Below, piece after piece: positions 24,361-36,900 of a DNA stretch of 64,000 nt. Position 1 is the stretch's first letter, and each line of letters opens with the position of its first letter. Made by a program: the position numbers and the translations under genes. The stretch covers positions 97,342,001-97,406,000 of the forward strand of contig CM052816.1 of the NCBI GenBank assembly GCA_028534125.1, read 5' to 3'. The stretch is from Lama glama (taxonomy: Eukaryota). A model generated the notes under the pieces. The model was given only the letters and a program-made list of their open reading frames with translations. It was not told where the DNA came from and did not search any database.

Positions 24361-27300
24361 GTCATTTTGTAAGATGTAAGAACAGCATGCTGGCGTGCTG
24401 AAGGAGGTCTAGGAGAGAGGGAGAATGTTAAGATGCGAGAGAGAAAGGAGAAAATCATACCCTTTGGTAGCTGAAGATACCTGAAAAGCAGTCATGAGGA
24501 AGAGCTGGCCCCAGTAAGGGGGCGCACAGGCAGGCCAAAGCCATGGCAGGCAGGAAGGCCCGCCTAGAAGTGCAGGGAGGTGGGCGTGGTGGTGGGAGCC
24601 AGTCAGTCTTTAGAACTTTCCAGAGAAACAGGAGACGACGCAAGATTATCGTCTGAGAGTGGGAGAGGCTTGGACTAACCAGCTGAGAGCAGCTACTTTC
24701 CTGGAAGTGGAGGAGAAGGGGGCAGGGTGGGAGCCCCTCCCCAGCAGGACGCTCCAGGCTTCACCTGCTCAAGCTTCAATCCGTACACTTAGACAGCTTC
24801 AATGCTTTCTTCATGAAAGTCCTGCCCATTTGTTACGGAGCTTACTTCTAAAACCCTTTCTAATTCTGTAGATCTCATCGATTGGATTATTTCTCCCTAA
24901 TGCACTTCCTAACCGGGTGTTAAGAGATGATACGCAGACCGCGAACGCTGTCCTTTGCTTTTCAACTGGTCGCTTGAGGAGACTTCGCAAAGCATTAACT
25001 GTCACGTTTTCCGTTCAGCAGCCTATACATGGAATAAAAATTGGGGAAATTATAACTGATTAAGAAATTATATTTTGTCAAGAGGAAGAATATTTCACGT
25101 ACAGACTGGTGAAAAGCAGACATCAGTACCCTACAGGAGTATCTTTCGACTTGTTAGAACCTGGGTGTCCTCACCTATAAAACAGAAAATCTGTTCTATC
25201 GACATTTTAATGTGAATAATACGAGTTTGTGTAAAAATACCTGTAAGTTGTCTTGTATTATACAAATGGCACTTGTTGTTCTTAGAGAGAGAGCGAGCAC
25301 TGAAGGTCAACAAGCCCCAGAGAGTAAAAGTCAACTGAAGTGCACTCTGCACGTACGTCAGGATTCCGAGTGGAAAAGGGGAACCAGGAGGCCACCTGCA
25401 GTGGGAGGGAGAGGAGGACGCGGAGAGGTGGGTCCTGGGTGCAGGTGCAGGAGGCAGCAGCCCCCCCTGCAGAGGCATCTGCATCTGAAAAGCCTGCTTG
25501 TGGCCGCCTTCCACTGGGCACCCCAGCCCTGTGCTGCCTCCCTGGGTCCACGTACATCCAAACCGTGGTCAGGCGGGGAGCGCGACAGAACCACTTTGAG
25601 GTAAAGGAGTTTTAAACTATTACATTTTGCATGACATTCATGAAAGGAAATGTTTTTGGTATCGTGGCTAATAATAACTTAAACAAAATGCAACTGTGCT
25701 TTCTAAGATGGAATGCACCTTTCTTGAAATGCACCGCAGCCTTCAATTCCGGGAAAGCTAGTGTGTTCTCGGAGGGACGCCGTAAGTTGTCCACTCTTCA
25801 CTCGTCACAGCCCAATCGTCTTAGACCATTTCCAAATCAGAAGGGGAAATTCACATTTCACAGGCTGAAAGCCATAATCATGCCCCTAAATCATGACTCT
25901 CAGAACTTCATTCAAAACTATCTTCCTACAGTGATCGCAACAGCTTAGAAATAAACAGGGCGAACCTTGCTGACGGAGCAGACTCGCCAAGCTGGGAGGC
26001 TGCAGCTAGAATCAGACACCTCCTGTGGTCAAAGCTGGACTTTGTTTTATGCATGAGTAAAGGACCTCATGATCCCAGCACGTAAGCTACAAAGAATGAG
26101 CCAATACAGTATATCTGAGACATCGGGCTTTATTTATAAATCTGTCACTCTTTCAAATGTGTCCCTTTTTTAAGAAGTTATACTTTTGTTCTGTATGGCC
26201 TCATGCTGAATTTGGTCCCCTAAAAGCATGAACGCGTGAAACACATTCATGAGCTGAGTGCATAATATATTAACCTACTTGAGGTTCCAAGGTTGTCACC
26301 ACTCATACATCATACATTTAATCATCCTTTCTGCTAAGTTTCTGCATGGCTTCTGCCAAGTCATCCAAACCCTGAAAATTATATAATATGGAAAACAGTG
26401 AATTTACAAGTTTAATTACTGAATTCCATAAGATCTTTTTCAGTATAAATTCAGGCAACATTTTACTAGTATAAATACCACCCTAAAATAACAAGTTACA
26501 ATTTAAAACATCCACACCCTTCGTAGATGGCGGGCTGTTATTAAATGCCCCGCGTGCAGCTGTGGTACATGGAAGGTCAGTGTTTTCCTCCAACTCCCAA
26601 CACATCATACAAAATCTGTCAGCCTTTTCGTTTACTCTAATGTGTCATCAGTGAAAAACAAACATACTTTCGGAACGAAATCTGTTTCAGGCCAGGAACT
26701 CTCCCTTTAGAAAAACATCAGAGTGTGTTGGGGCCAATTACCCTGTAGAAACAGAGGGGCCTTTGTTTGCCTCAAAGATCGGCCTAACATAAAAGATTAG
26801 ATGACACAACAGTTGTACCTTATCAAATGTGCTTCCATTTTCTTCCCCAAACAGTTCAATAAGCATTCTTTGAGCAGCAAAGACACACCATTCACTCAAT
26901 AAATACTTGAGCACCCAGTATGTTCAAATATATTCTATGGTTATTAAGATTACACAGACACACTCGTACAAGCACAAACACATGCAAAGAAGTACTCAGG
27001 CAGGAAACTGATGGAAAGAGCAGCAACACTTTTACACGGATTCGTATCTCCTCGATCAGCGCAGCCTGTGGGTGCTAGCTGATGGCCACGTGAGTATTAG
27101 CTTACATGTCTGTTTAAAGCCTTCTATGTTGGTAGGAAGAGGATCCTTGTTCATCATTTTATTATCAGTAAACGAGGCTGGTAAAAAGTCCAATGCTCAG
27201 ACGGTGAACCCACCCCCCAGACAACCTTACTGGGAGGCTGTAACTGTTCGAGGTTATACTCGGGAAGTTATTCCTGCCCCTCGGAGAAGATGAGCAGATC

Positions 27301-29258
27301 CTGGGCTTGAGACACTGAGAAAGCAAGCACGTGAAGTTGCAGGAACACCACACCCCCATACCTGATATCACCCAAGATTCTACATTCATTCATTCATTCA
27401 ATTAGTTATGAAATTCTTTCTAGATTAGAGAATCTCCCAGGCACCATGTAGGATAAAAGACTGAATAAAGCACACTGAATTCCCGTAAATTAACAGCTGT
27501 GTCCATTCCCAAACAGAAACTGCTGCCAGCCAGCGTGCACACATAGAATCGACACAACGAAAATTCTTTTGCCGCTCTATTTAAATCCTGGAGGTTAAGA
27601 GTAGATCAATAATGCAGTGAAGATGAAGGCTTAGGCCCCGTACCGGTCAGTGAACTTCACACAGACAGGTTTCAGGTTTGCAGACTGCGTCCAAGCTCTG
27701 ACCAGGCTGCAAACAATGCTTTCGGCCAAGGTATCCTGCCTATAACACAGAAACTCATATAAACTGAAGATCAAATACGTGTATTTAGAAGCTCTCTACA
27801 GAGAACAAAACACCCACCGCTTTACAAGCAGCCTGTGCTGTCTCTGGCGCCAGGTACAGAGCGTTTGGCCGTCCGATGATGTAACTGACAGAGAACCAGA
27901 CGAGAGAGCCCCTAAATCTAGATTACCCCAATTCAGCACCAAAAACGCAGCAAGCAGAATATAAACAAACGCAAGTTTCCAGATATTTGTTTCCTGAAAA
28001 CTGACAGTTCCAGAATCAGGCAGACAATACTCTGAGGCAGACGGTGAAGTCATATGAGAAATTAGGCTGGGATTAAGGATAGCAAATCACTTTTCTGTAT
28101 CTTAAAAACATAATTCAATAGCCCATGCGTCTTGACTTGGCCTGCCTCTCTTCACGGTCACTGGAGGAAACATGAAGTCTCTGCTGTGAAAAGATCTCTG
28201 GCTTTTACTTCCCATTATCCTGCTAGAGGAGACATGGAGGGAGGTGGGGACGGACACGAGAGAGGTCATGTTCAACGAGAAACAGGCGTTAGCAGAGAAA
28301 TTTGAGTCTGCAGAAATTATGTGCAGAACTAACATTTTATGGTTTTCAAGAAGCACTTCCCAATTTCCTGGACTCATAGGGATCCTCTAGGTGTCACAGA
28401 AAAGGAAGATGTGATATTTCTTTTCATGCTGCTCTGCAGTCTGTTTCCTCTCTGGTATCACTGCTGGCTCAGAAAGAAATAAGACAGCGAACTTCCAAAA
28501 CTGTTCTCATTGGACACATGACTTATATATTAGAAGACAAGACTTCGACTTCCACCTCGGAGATCAACGTGAGCAAGTCTAAGATTTTGGAACAAAGAGA
28601 GTTACTGGAATAAAATTCTGGAATGAAAGACTTCTGGAGACAAGCCATTGGACGTCCATCTGGCGCGTGCTTTATCTGGAGTCGACAACCCAGAGCACCA
28701 GCACTGGGAAAGAGCTGCAGGGAGTGTGGGATCTTCTGCAGGGGTCTGCGCCATCTGTAGGTCATGGAGAGCTAAATCCACCAGCAGCCGAACAACTTAA
28801 AATAGGCTGAGAAAGCTCTTGCTGGCACCAAAGGAAAGGGACCTTAGAAGAAGCCAGTGCCTGGTTTTTAGGGAACAGAATAGGATGACATTTTCATCCT
28901 GTTCAGCCTGGGTACCTGATGAGTCTCTGACCCTGCTGAGCATCTCTCATCCTCACACCCTCTGCCTTCCCCTCACACCTCCCCTCTGTTTCTCACCCAC
29001 CTCCCTGCCTGCTCCCTCACCCCACGTCAAGATGTGAGGGGTCCATATGGCTTGGCTGCGGGCCAGTTCTTCTGGCCAAACCCTTATACACTTTTATTCC
29101 CACCCAGATCTCTCCTGTTAAATGTGGAACAAGCTTTACCACATAAACTGAATCTGGAGAAATATCTGCAGAGCTAAACTTTGATGCTTTTTAAGAAGTA
29201 CTTTTTAAATTTCCTGGTCTGATAGTAATACTATTAAGTGTCAGAGAAAAGACAGACT

Positions 29259-30305
29259 TTTTTAGCTTCATTGAGATTTAACTGACATATAACATTGCAT
29301 AAATGAAAGATACACAATATACTGATCTGACACACTTATATATTGTGAATTGTGAAATGATGACCACCGTAGTGTTAGTTAACACCTCCATCACTCACAT
29401 AACTACCATGTCTTTTTTGTGGTGAGAACATTTAAGATCTACTCTCTTAACAACTTCCCAGTACTGATGGCTATAATCACGTGGCTGCACATCAGACTCC
29501 CAGAATTTATAACCTGTAACATCTCATAACTGGAAGTTTGTACCTTTTAACCAACTTCATCCCAATTCCCCCCTACTTACCCCCAGCCCCTGGCAACCAC
29601 CCTTCTACTCTCTGTTTCTGTAAGTCGGGCTTTTCTTGATTCCACATGTCAGTGACATCACACAGCATTTATCTTTTTCGTCTGTCTTATTTCACTCAGC
29701 ATAACGCCCTCAAGGTCTACCCACGTCATCATAAACGGCAGTATTTCCTCATCACCAATAACATTCCCTTCTATATACTGTATCTTCTTTATTCATTCAT
29801 CCATAGACAGACATTTAAATTGTTTCCATATTCTGGCAATTATGAATAAAGCTGCAATGAACATGAGACTGCAGATGTCTCCTGGAGATCCTGATTTCAT
29901 TTTCTTTGGATGTGAACCCAGAAGCAGGACTGCTGGATCATATGGTAGTCCTATTTTTAGTATTTTGAGAAACTACCATACTATTTTCCATTGTGGCTGT
30001 ACCAACATACATTCCCACCAACAGTGCACCCAGGGTCCCTTTTCCCCTCATCTTCCTCGACACCCTTTTATGTGAGGTGGTACTGTGGTTTTGATGTGCA
30101 TTTCCCTGACGACTAGTGACGTCAAACATCTTCTCACATACCTGTTGGAAGGTGCGCCTTCTTTGGGAAAATGTCAGTTCAGTTCCCCAGCTTATTTTTA
30201 AATTGAATTTCTTTCTTTCTTTGTTGCATTGTATGACTTCCTTGCATGTCTTGGATATTAACCCCTAATCAGATAGATGATTTGCAAATATTTTCTCCCA
30301 TTCTT
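29259..30305 (-). mobile_element. L1MA9-like 3' end
   Basis: agcttcattgagatttaactgacatataacattg...gtggtgagaacatttaagatctactctctt...gcaaatattttctcccatt. Confidence 0.85.
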
Positions 30306-30611
30306 TTCATGTCTGGCTACATCCTCTCTGACTATTGAGTTGTAAAGTCAAGACAGTGGACTTCAAAAATACGTTCCCATTAGAGACATTATTTCCATCT
30401 TAAAAGACTTTTTCAATTAGAAGACAGTTTTATTAGAAGATGGATGACTTCCTGCTTGACACATCCACTTGACAGCCCCAAAGTTGCCTCAGACTTAAAA
30501 TCTCCAAAACATCACTCTAGATTCCTCCCCTCAGCTTGGTCTTGCCACAGCAGCTCCCATTTCAGAAAAAAAAAAGTGCTGGTTTTGTCCTGTTAAAAAA
30601 GCCTGCCAAGT

Positions 30612-30780
30612 GGGAGGGTATAGCTCAGGCATAGAGCGCATGCTTAGCATGCACAAGGTCCTGAGTTCAATCCCCAGTACCTCCATTAAAAAAACAAAAG
30701 CCATAAAAAATGGCCACAAAAAAGAATATGTTTCTTTAAAAAATAAAGCTAAACATAAATTAAAAAAAAAGAAAAAGAAA
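30612..30780 (+). mobile_element. tRNA-derived camelid SINE (Vic-1-like) with TSD
   Basis: gggagggtatagctcaggcatagagcgcatgcttagcatgcacaaggtcctgagttcaatccccagtacctccattaaaa. TSD aaaaaagcctgccaagt (30595-30611) / aacaaagcctgcgaatt (30781-30797) at a tt|aaaa site. Confidence 0.9.
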
Positions 30781-30878
30781 AACAAAGCCTGCGAATTATC
30801 CTTGACTTTGCCTCACCCTTCACATATTACCCAACAAGTCCTGTTTGTTCTAAGTTAAAAATACATCCCATGTCTGTC

Positions 30879-31024
30879 TGTTTGTTGCTGTTGTTATTGG
30901 GGTGGGGCAGGGGAGACAATTAGGTTTATTTATTTATTTTTAGAAGAGGTGCCGGGGGGATTGAACCCAGGACCTTGTGCATGCTGAGCATGCGCTCTAC
31001 CACTTGAGCTATACCCTCCTCCCC
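30879..31024 (-). mobile_element. tRNA-derived camelid SINE (Vic-1-like) with TSD
   Basis: Reverse complement ggggaggagggtatagctcaagtggtagagcgcatgctcagcatgcacaaggtcctgggttcaatccc. TSD aaaatacatcccatgtctgtc (30858-30878) / aaaatacatcccacgtccatc (31025-31045). Confidence 0.9.
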
Positions 31025-31210
31025 AAAATACATCCCACGTCCATCAGTCTTTCCCGTGGTCACTGCCCGGCCACCCAGCATCTCCCCTCTCCTCCCGAGC
31101 GCTGGGAGGAGCCTCTCACCGCGCTCACTGCTCATCACACGTCCACCCCTCCTGTCCGCTGTCCAGCCACTGGTGGAGTGACCTCTCCAAAGAGGAACTC
31201 AGTTCCTGTT

Positions 31211-31660
31211 TCTCTCAGTGCTGCATGTGTCCCGTTTTCCCTTCCATGTCTGCTCTTCCCTCTGCCCTGCGCCTGAGAGGCTGACATCTGAAAACTGGGC
31301 TAATGGGCTCCTTTCCGTTTTGGCCTCCAGTGGGGTTTACCAGTTAGCTGCTTAGCCAAGAGCGGAGAGGGCTTCCGTGACTGAATCACTGCAGGGCAGC
31401 ATCCCTCCAGCAAAAGCCACGACACCTTTGGGGACTCTTCCAGAACCCATCTTCCCCAGCCTGGGGCTACTGGCCCCTCCTTCCTGCTTCAGGCTCAGGT
31501 GGTAACAGCTCCCTGTTGTGTCTAACCTCGGGGCTTCCCCAGCCCAGGCTGGTTTCTTTTAAACTTGTCTAGATCTTGTGAACACCACCTTCCTCACTTG
31601 ACTCTCAGCCCCCCCGTCTGAGCATGCCATCTGTCTCCCACTAGGACCTTGGCTGAGACA
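31211..31660 (+). mobile_element. ERVL solo LTR (LTR33-like)
   Basis: tctgccctgcgcctgagaggctgacatctg...tgagcatgccatctgtctcccactaggaccttggctgagaca, flanked by a 5-bp ctgtt/ctgtc TSD-like pair. Confidence 0.7.
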
Positions 31661-32225
31661 CTGTCCTTTCTCAATCCGCCAGCCACTTCCCGATGCACTT
31701 AGCACACAAGCTTAGCATCCCTGCACGGCAACCAGCAGGACCCGGACTGCCTGTGTCTCCCCCTCGCTCAGGAGGCCTCCCTCTCCAGGTTCAAGGCCCT
31801 TTAGTCAGTCTCTGTAGCAGTCCCCGCCCTGGGCCCTCTGATATTTTTTCTGCTGGAAAGTTCTCCCCAAATCCCTGCCCTAAACCACCACAACCACAAC
31901 TTTTAACAAGTCTGGCTTCTCTTTAGTCTTCAGGTTTCAGCCTCTCCAAGGAGGCCACCACCCACTACCCACCCCCGTATCAGACACTTGTCTGCAGCCC
32001 CTACAACAGCGCCCCACCGAGTTCCAAAGCGGGCACTCCCAGTGTTTGCCTCTGCTTCATTATTGCTCTATTTTTTATATGCATGATCTCCTTTACTGGC
32101 TAGGACGACCCTGAAGGCACAGCTGGGTCCATCCTGGGTGTCTGCAGTGTCTTCCCCACACAGCTCTGTGCCCGGCCTGGTGCATACTCAACAAAGCTTT
32201 GTTCCATGAGTGGATGAATGAACAG
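31661..32225 (+). mobile_element. L2 3' part (upstream pieces ~30430-31210 are split by the SINEs and LTR)
   Basis: Pyrimidine-rich L2 body ending gcctggtgcatactcaacaaagctttgttccatgagtggatgaatgaa. Confidence 0.6.
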
Positions 32226-32249
32226 GATATAAAGATACGTAAATAAGAG

Positions 32250-35045
32250 CTCCTGACTTCTGCGTAAAATGCCGCAACCTGCAAAGAGCATCGTTCCCAG
32301 CCTATCACTACGAAGAAGCAGGATCACCAAAAACTCACAGCTTTTCTCCAATTTATCACAGAGCTGACATCACAGAACAATGAGCTAGTCTGAAATCTCA
32401 GGGAAGATGGGTGCCCCTGAGGGGCAGATGGGGTGAGCCCTAACTCCTCTGCGCTAGAACAGGTGGAAGAGAGGAACCCCACATGGGCAGGAGAGGAGAT
32501 GTCGGCTGAAACTTTCCCTGGATTGCTAAGGCTGGGCGTGGGCTAGTGTGAGAAGATGGAACCCTGGGGGCTGAGATACCCAGAGAGCGCTGGGCACTCC
32601 ACACCCCTTCACAAGCTCTTCCCCACGGGTGTGCACCAAGTGCTCCTGGAAAAGCTTAGAGCCAGTTGGGAGGCTGGGAGAAGGCTCCTTCGATGGTCCA
32701 TGCTCAGAAGAAGAGAGAGGCCACCACTGCAGAAGGCCGGTGATGCGAGCCGACCCTTCCCCCTGAGGCCCAAAGTCCCAAGCCACCGAGAAAAGGCAGC
32801 ATACCTTATCACCCTCAGAGCCCAAGTGAAGATCCACTGTGGCCAGGAGGAGAGCAAATACATTTTTAAAAGCGTCCTCTATCCCTGGGAGGTGGGGCAG
32901 GAAACATCTGGGTCCAGATGCTAAGAATTCCCTCGTTCTGGGGAGGTGCAGGACCACTGAGAGCCCCGGCCCCTGTCAGTCACGGACACAGAGCCCGCCT
33001 GATACTGAGGCAGACCCGGTGCAGCAGAGAGCTCATCTCCCCCCGTGCCTGTCGCTAGGCTTGTAAGTACCAAGTGACAAGTAAGACAGGTCTGCTGCTG
33101 GGGGAGGGGAGGGCAGGACTGGAAAGAGAGACCCTCTCAGGGGGGCAGGACACGAAAGAAAGGCCCGAAGCTGAGGATGGAGGAAGAGCATTGGAGAAAA
33201 CCCACCACAAATCGGAACACACTCTACGGGCAAGGTGAAGAACTAGAAGTTAGCGGCACAGGGAAGTCGCCTGCCGGACAAAGCCCAGACCCGGCACGGC
33301 TCCTGATGAGCCTCACTCCACCCTGCACGCTGGCGGCCTCACTGAAGGAGAGGCCTGCCCACCTCCAGGCATAAATCCTATCCCCACCTCTACTCTTCTT
33401 CTTGTAAGGCCCCACATTCAGTCAAAAAGTATAGTTATATACACAAAAATGCAAGGGAAAATGCACCAACAAGAGACAAAGCAAGCTAGAAATCCAGATA
33501 CATATGCGATGCTGAAAGGAAACTGAAAATATCCGTAAGTGACATACTGGGCACTCCCGTGCAGAGGCGAACACATGCACGGACACACAGAGAATTCCAG
33601 CAGCAAGGGAGAAGACGAGAGGAGCAGCAGAGTGGGGCTGACTGCTAGAAATACAATATTGTCACAGGCTGTGAAGGGCCTCCTTCATCTCTGCTTCCAC
33701 ATTTTTATGGTTCAGTGAAAGTGAAGATGGCTTGATAGAAATTAACCAAACTTGAACAAAAAGAGAAGAGAGAGAGAAAAAAAGACTAGTACATCTCAGC
33801 ATTGTGAAATAATAGCAAACAGCCTGTAACACACGTGTGATCAGAATCCCACGAGAAGAGAGGCTGTGACAGAAGAAATAGCAGCTGAAGATGTCCCCAC
33901 AAATAATGAAACACATCAAACAACAGTTCCAGGGACCTCAGGATGAATGGGAAAGAAACCAACAACAACCCTAGACCTTATTCATTATTTTCAAGCTGCT
34001 GAAATCCAAAAACAAAGAGATAATTTTGAAGGCTTTCAGGGGAACCAAAGAGGGAATCGAAGTGAAGAGTTACAGCCACCTCCTCCTTAGAAACTATGCG
34101 AGATAGAAAACAATAGACTGACACCTTCAAAATGTTCAAAGGGGGAAAGAAAAAAAAAGGTCAAATCAGCATCTGTATCCAGAGAAAACCTCTCTCAAAG
34201 TGAAGGAAAAATAAAGACCTTTTTTCTTCAAACAATGAGAACTTGGAGGATTCATTACCAGCAGGGCAACACTACAGAAACTTGGATCTACACAAACAAA
34301 TGAAAATCTCCAGAAATGATTAAAAGAAAGCTAAATGTAAAGCACATTTTTTCCTTTGTTAAAAATATCATTCTAAAATATAATTTATTTTATCAAGGAA
34401 AACCAGTAGCCATATACTGTGGATTTATAGCATATGGAAAAATAAGATAAATGACAACAATAGTACAAAAAATGGGAGGGAAGTTGGGAGTACACTGTTA
34501 CAGGTACTGTCAGTATTTGTGAAGTGGTATAATATGGTTTGAAAGTAGACTGTAACGAAGAGTCTACACTACAAATCTGTAAAAGGTATAAATAATAAGC
34601 TAATGTCGGAGACAAAACCGAATTATAAGAAATAATCCAGCAAAAAGCAGGCAGATGAAGATTTTACATGACAAAAGGGCAGGTGGAACAAACAGAAAAC
34701 AGCTAATAAAATAGACGTCTTTAATCCAGTCTTATTAATACACCAAAGTAAACATACTAACCCGCCAATTAAAAGGCAGAGATGGCCGAATCGGATAAAA
34801 AAGGAACACCCAACATTGTACTGATTACAAGAGACCCAACTGAAATATGAAGACACGGAGAGACTAAAAGTAAAACAAATGGAAAATGATATACCATATG
34901 ACTCTAACTAAAATAAACTGGAGTGGCTACATTTTATCAGGCAAAGTATACTTCAGAATAAGGAATATTACCAGGAACAGAGAAGCACATTACATAATAA
35001 TAATAACGGAGTTAATTTATGAAGAAGGCATAAGAAACTGAAACG
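32250..35045 (+). mobile_element. Old L1 5' region (5'UTR, ORF1 remnants, start of ORF2 endonuclease)
   Basis: 34750-34850 ccaattaaaaggcagagatggccgaatcggataaaa...ttacaagagaccca resembles decayed PIKRQRL..WIK..LQETH. ORF1-like remnants at ~33700-34260. The 5' boundary is approximate. Confidence 0.7.
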
Positions 35046-36534
35046 TAATGATGTATTTAATCATTAACTCTCTTGAGTGATTGTAGAAAAAGATGAATAA
35101 GACAGTTGTCTTGAGGAGTTTTTAATCAAATGGAATATAAAAATAAAACTGTTCTTTTGGAAATTCAACATATTTTTGTTAGAAAACTCCTATAAATGAT
35201 TTTTTTTCTTCTCCAGTGGAAACAAAATCCACTTATCAGGGAACACTGTCAAATCACAGCAGGCTTTCCTGGGGGCAGAAAATGGAGGATTCAAGGCTGA
35301 AAAAAGAAACTCAACATAACCAGTCCTTTGAAGGCAAATTAGCATGTGCTTCACTCACAGACAGAATGGCCCTCCAGTCCACGGCGACGTGATGACCCAT
35401 CTCCATGACAGTCCATGGCAGTACAACCACCAAAGCTTCCTGTACACTTCGCACCTACCACTTTTACATGTAGTAGTTAGTGCCAACAAATCCTGAATTC
35501 CCAATTTATACCCCCCTCATCCGCTTTGACAATAGATTTTTCTTTGTTAGGATTTCCTCCAATGAAGTACAATTTACTTAAAATTAGGTGGTTCCTTTCA
35601 TTAAATATGAGATAAAAGCCATGCAGATGTAACATCCTCTCTTTGAATCAAGGAAACTCCCTGGGTCACCCAGTCCCAGCACATACATTTCAAGCTACAA
35701 TAAAGAGGACTTTTTCTAAAATATTCAGAATTGGCATATTCTATATCTATATATACACAAATGTGAAATCTCATGAAGCTGCTAAGCTGTTATCCTAACA
35801 TTTATGCACTTCGCCCATGTAAGATACACCGCAATGAAAAGAAAAATCATTAATAAAAAAGGATCAGGGTAGCTTCCATGCGGAAAACCGCAGGTGTTGG
35901 CATTCTCGCAGACTTCGTCCCAAACATAATTTTTATGGTATCAGCAGTGCCTGTACCACTAGCTTGTGGTACCCATGCACCACAGACTGTTAGACAAGGA
36001 TGCACTGCCACTTTGGAGATGCCCGCGGGAGGACTTTGGGGACAGGAGAATGTAAAGCTGATGGCCTGGACAAGGTGACTTTGACTCACAAAGTAGTTGG
36101 ATTCGGAATACACTTTAACATGGAGCCTGCTTACTTGAAGAAACATCTGTGCGGGGTGTGAGAGTAAAGACCCGCAGGAAGGCCGCCCACGGGCCTCACC
36201 TGCGCGACTGGAGACAGAGGGCCGGCAGTATGTGAGATGAAGATTCTATGAAGGAAGGTGCCTTTTGGAAGAAAGATTAGAGATTCAATTGGGGGATATT
36301 TCTTAGATGTCCAAAGGGAGATCCCGGATTCTAGATCTAACTGGTGTTGTTAATTCAATAATCCATCCCTGCCTTGTACCCAGCCCTTCCTCTTCACAGC
36401 CTCCTCCTTCCTTTAGATGTGGTCACCGTGACTCAGCCACGCCCAGCATAAAATCAGCGACGGCACCTCAGGTAGGGCGCACGGCACCTCACCCCAACTC
36501 CGACCCTCGCCCCTGCAGAAGGAAACGGACCTCC

Positions 36535-36900
36535 GTTCCACTTATCCACGGCTGCTTAACAAACCAGCCCTGCCTTGCAGACATGAGTGGCCTGCTTTAT
36601 CTCAGTTTTGTGGGTTATGAATCTGGGCAGGGACAGGCTGGGAGGTTCCTTTGCTCCACAGGACACCGCTGGAGGGGAGGCGATGACACTCAGATGGAGG
36701 TTGGGCTGTTCTGGAGGGTCCAGGACAGCTTCTGACCCCTTTCAGGGATGGCAGGAGGGAGGGGCTCGGCTCGTCAGCAGGGTGGTCTCAGGAGAGTTGG
36801 ACGGTCTACACAGCAGTGGATGGCTCCCAGAGAGAAAGTTCAAAAGAACAAAGGCAGTGGCAAGCCTGCTGTGACCCGGCCTCAGCACCCAAACGGCTTA
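36535..36900 (-). mobile_element. MaLR LTR (MLT1-like)
   Basis: atccacggctgcttaacaaaccagccc...tctcagttttgtgggttatgaatctgggcagggacaggctgggaggttc. Confidence 0.6.

Noticed and set aside
30612..30685. tRNA-Ala(AGC) gene
   Set aside because: It has an A-rich tail and TSD, and two more diverged copies occur in the window. This is a tRNA-derived SINE head.
32400..33400. GC-rich block with several overlapping 60-143 aa ORFs
   Set aside because: It sits directly upstream of L1 ORF1/EN remnants and is best explained as an old L1 5'UTR; the ORFs reflect GC content.
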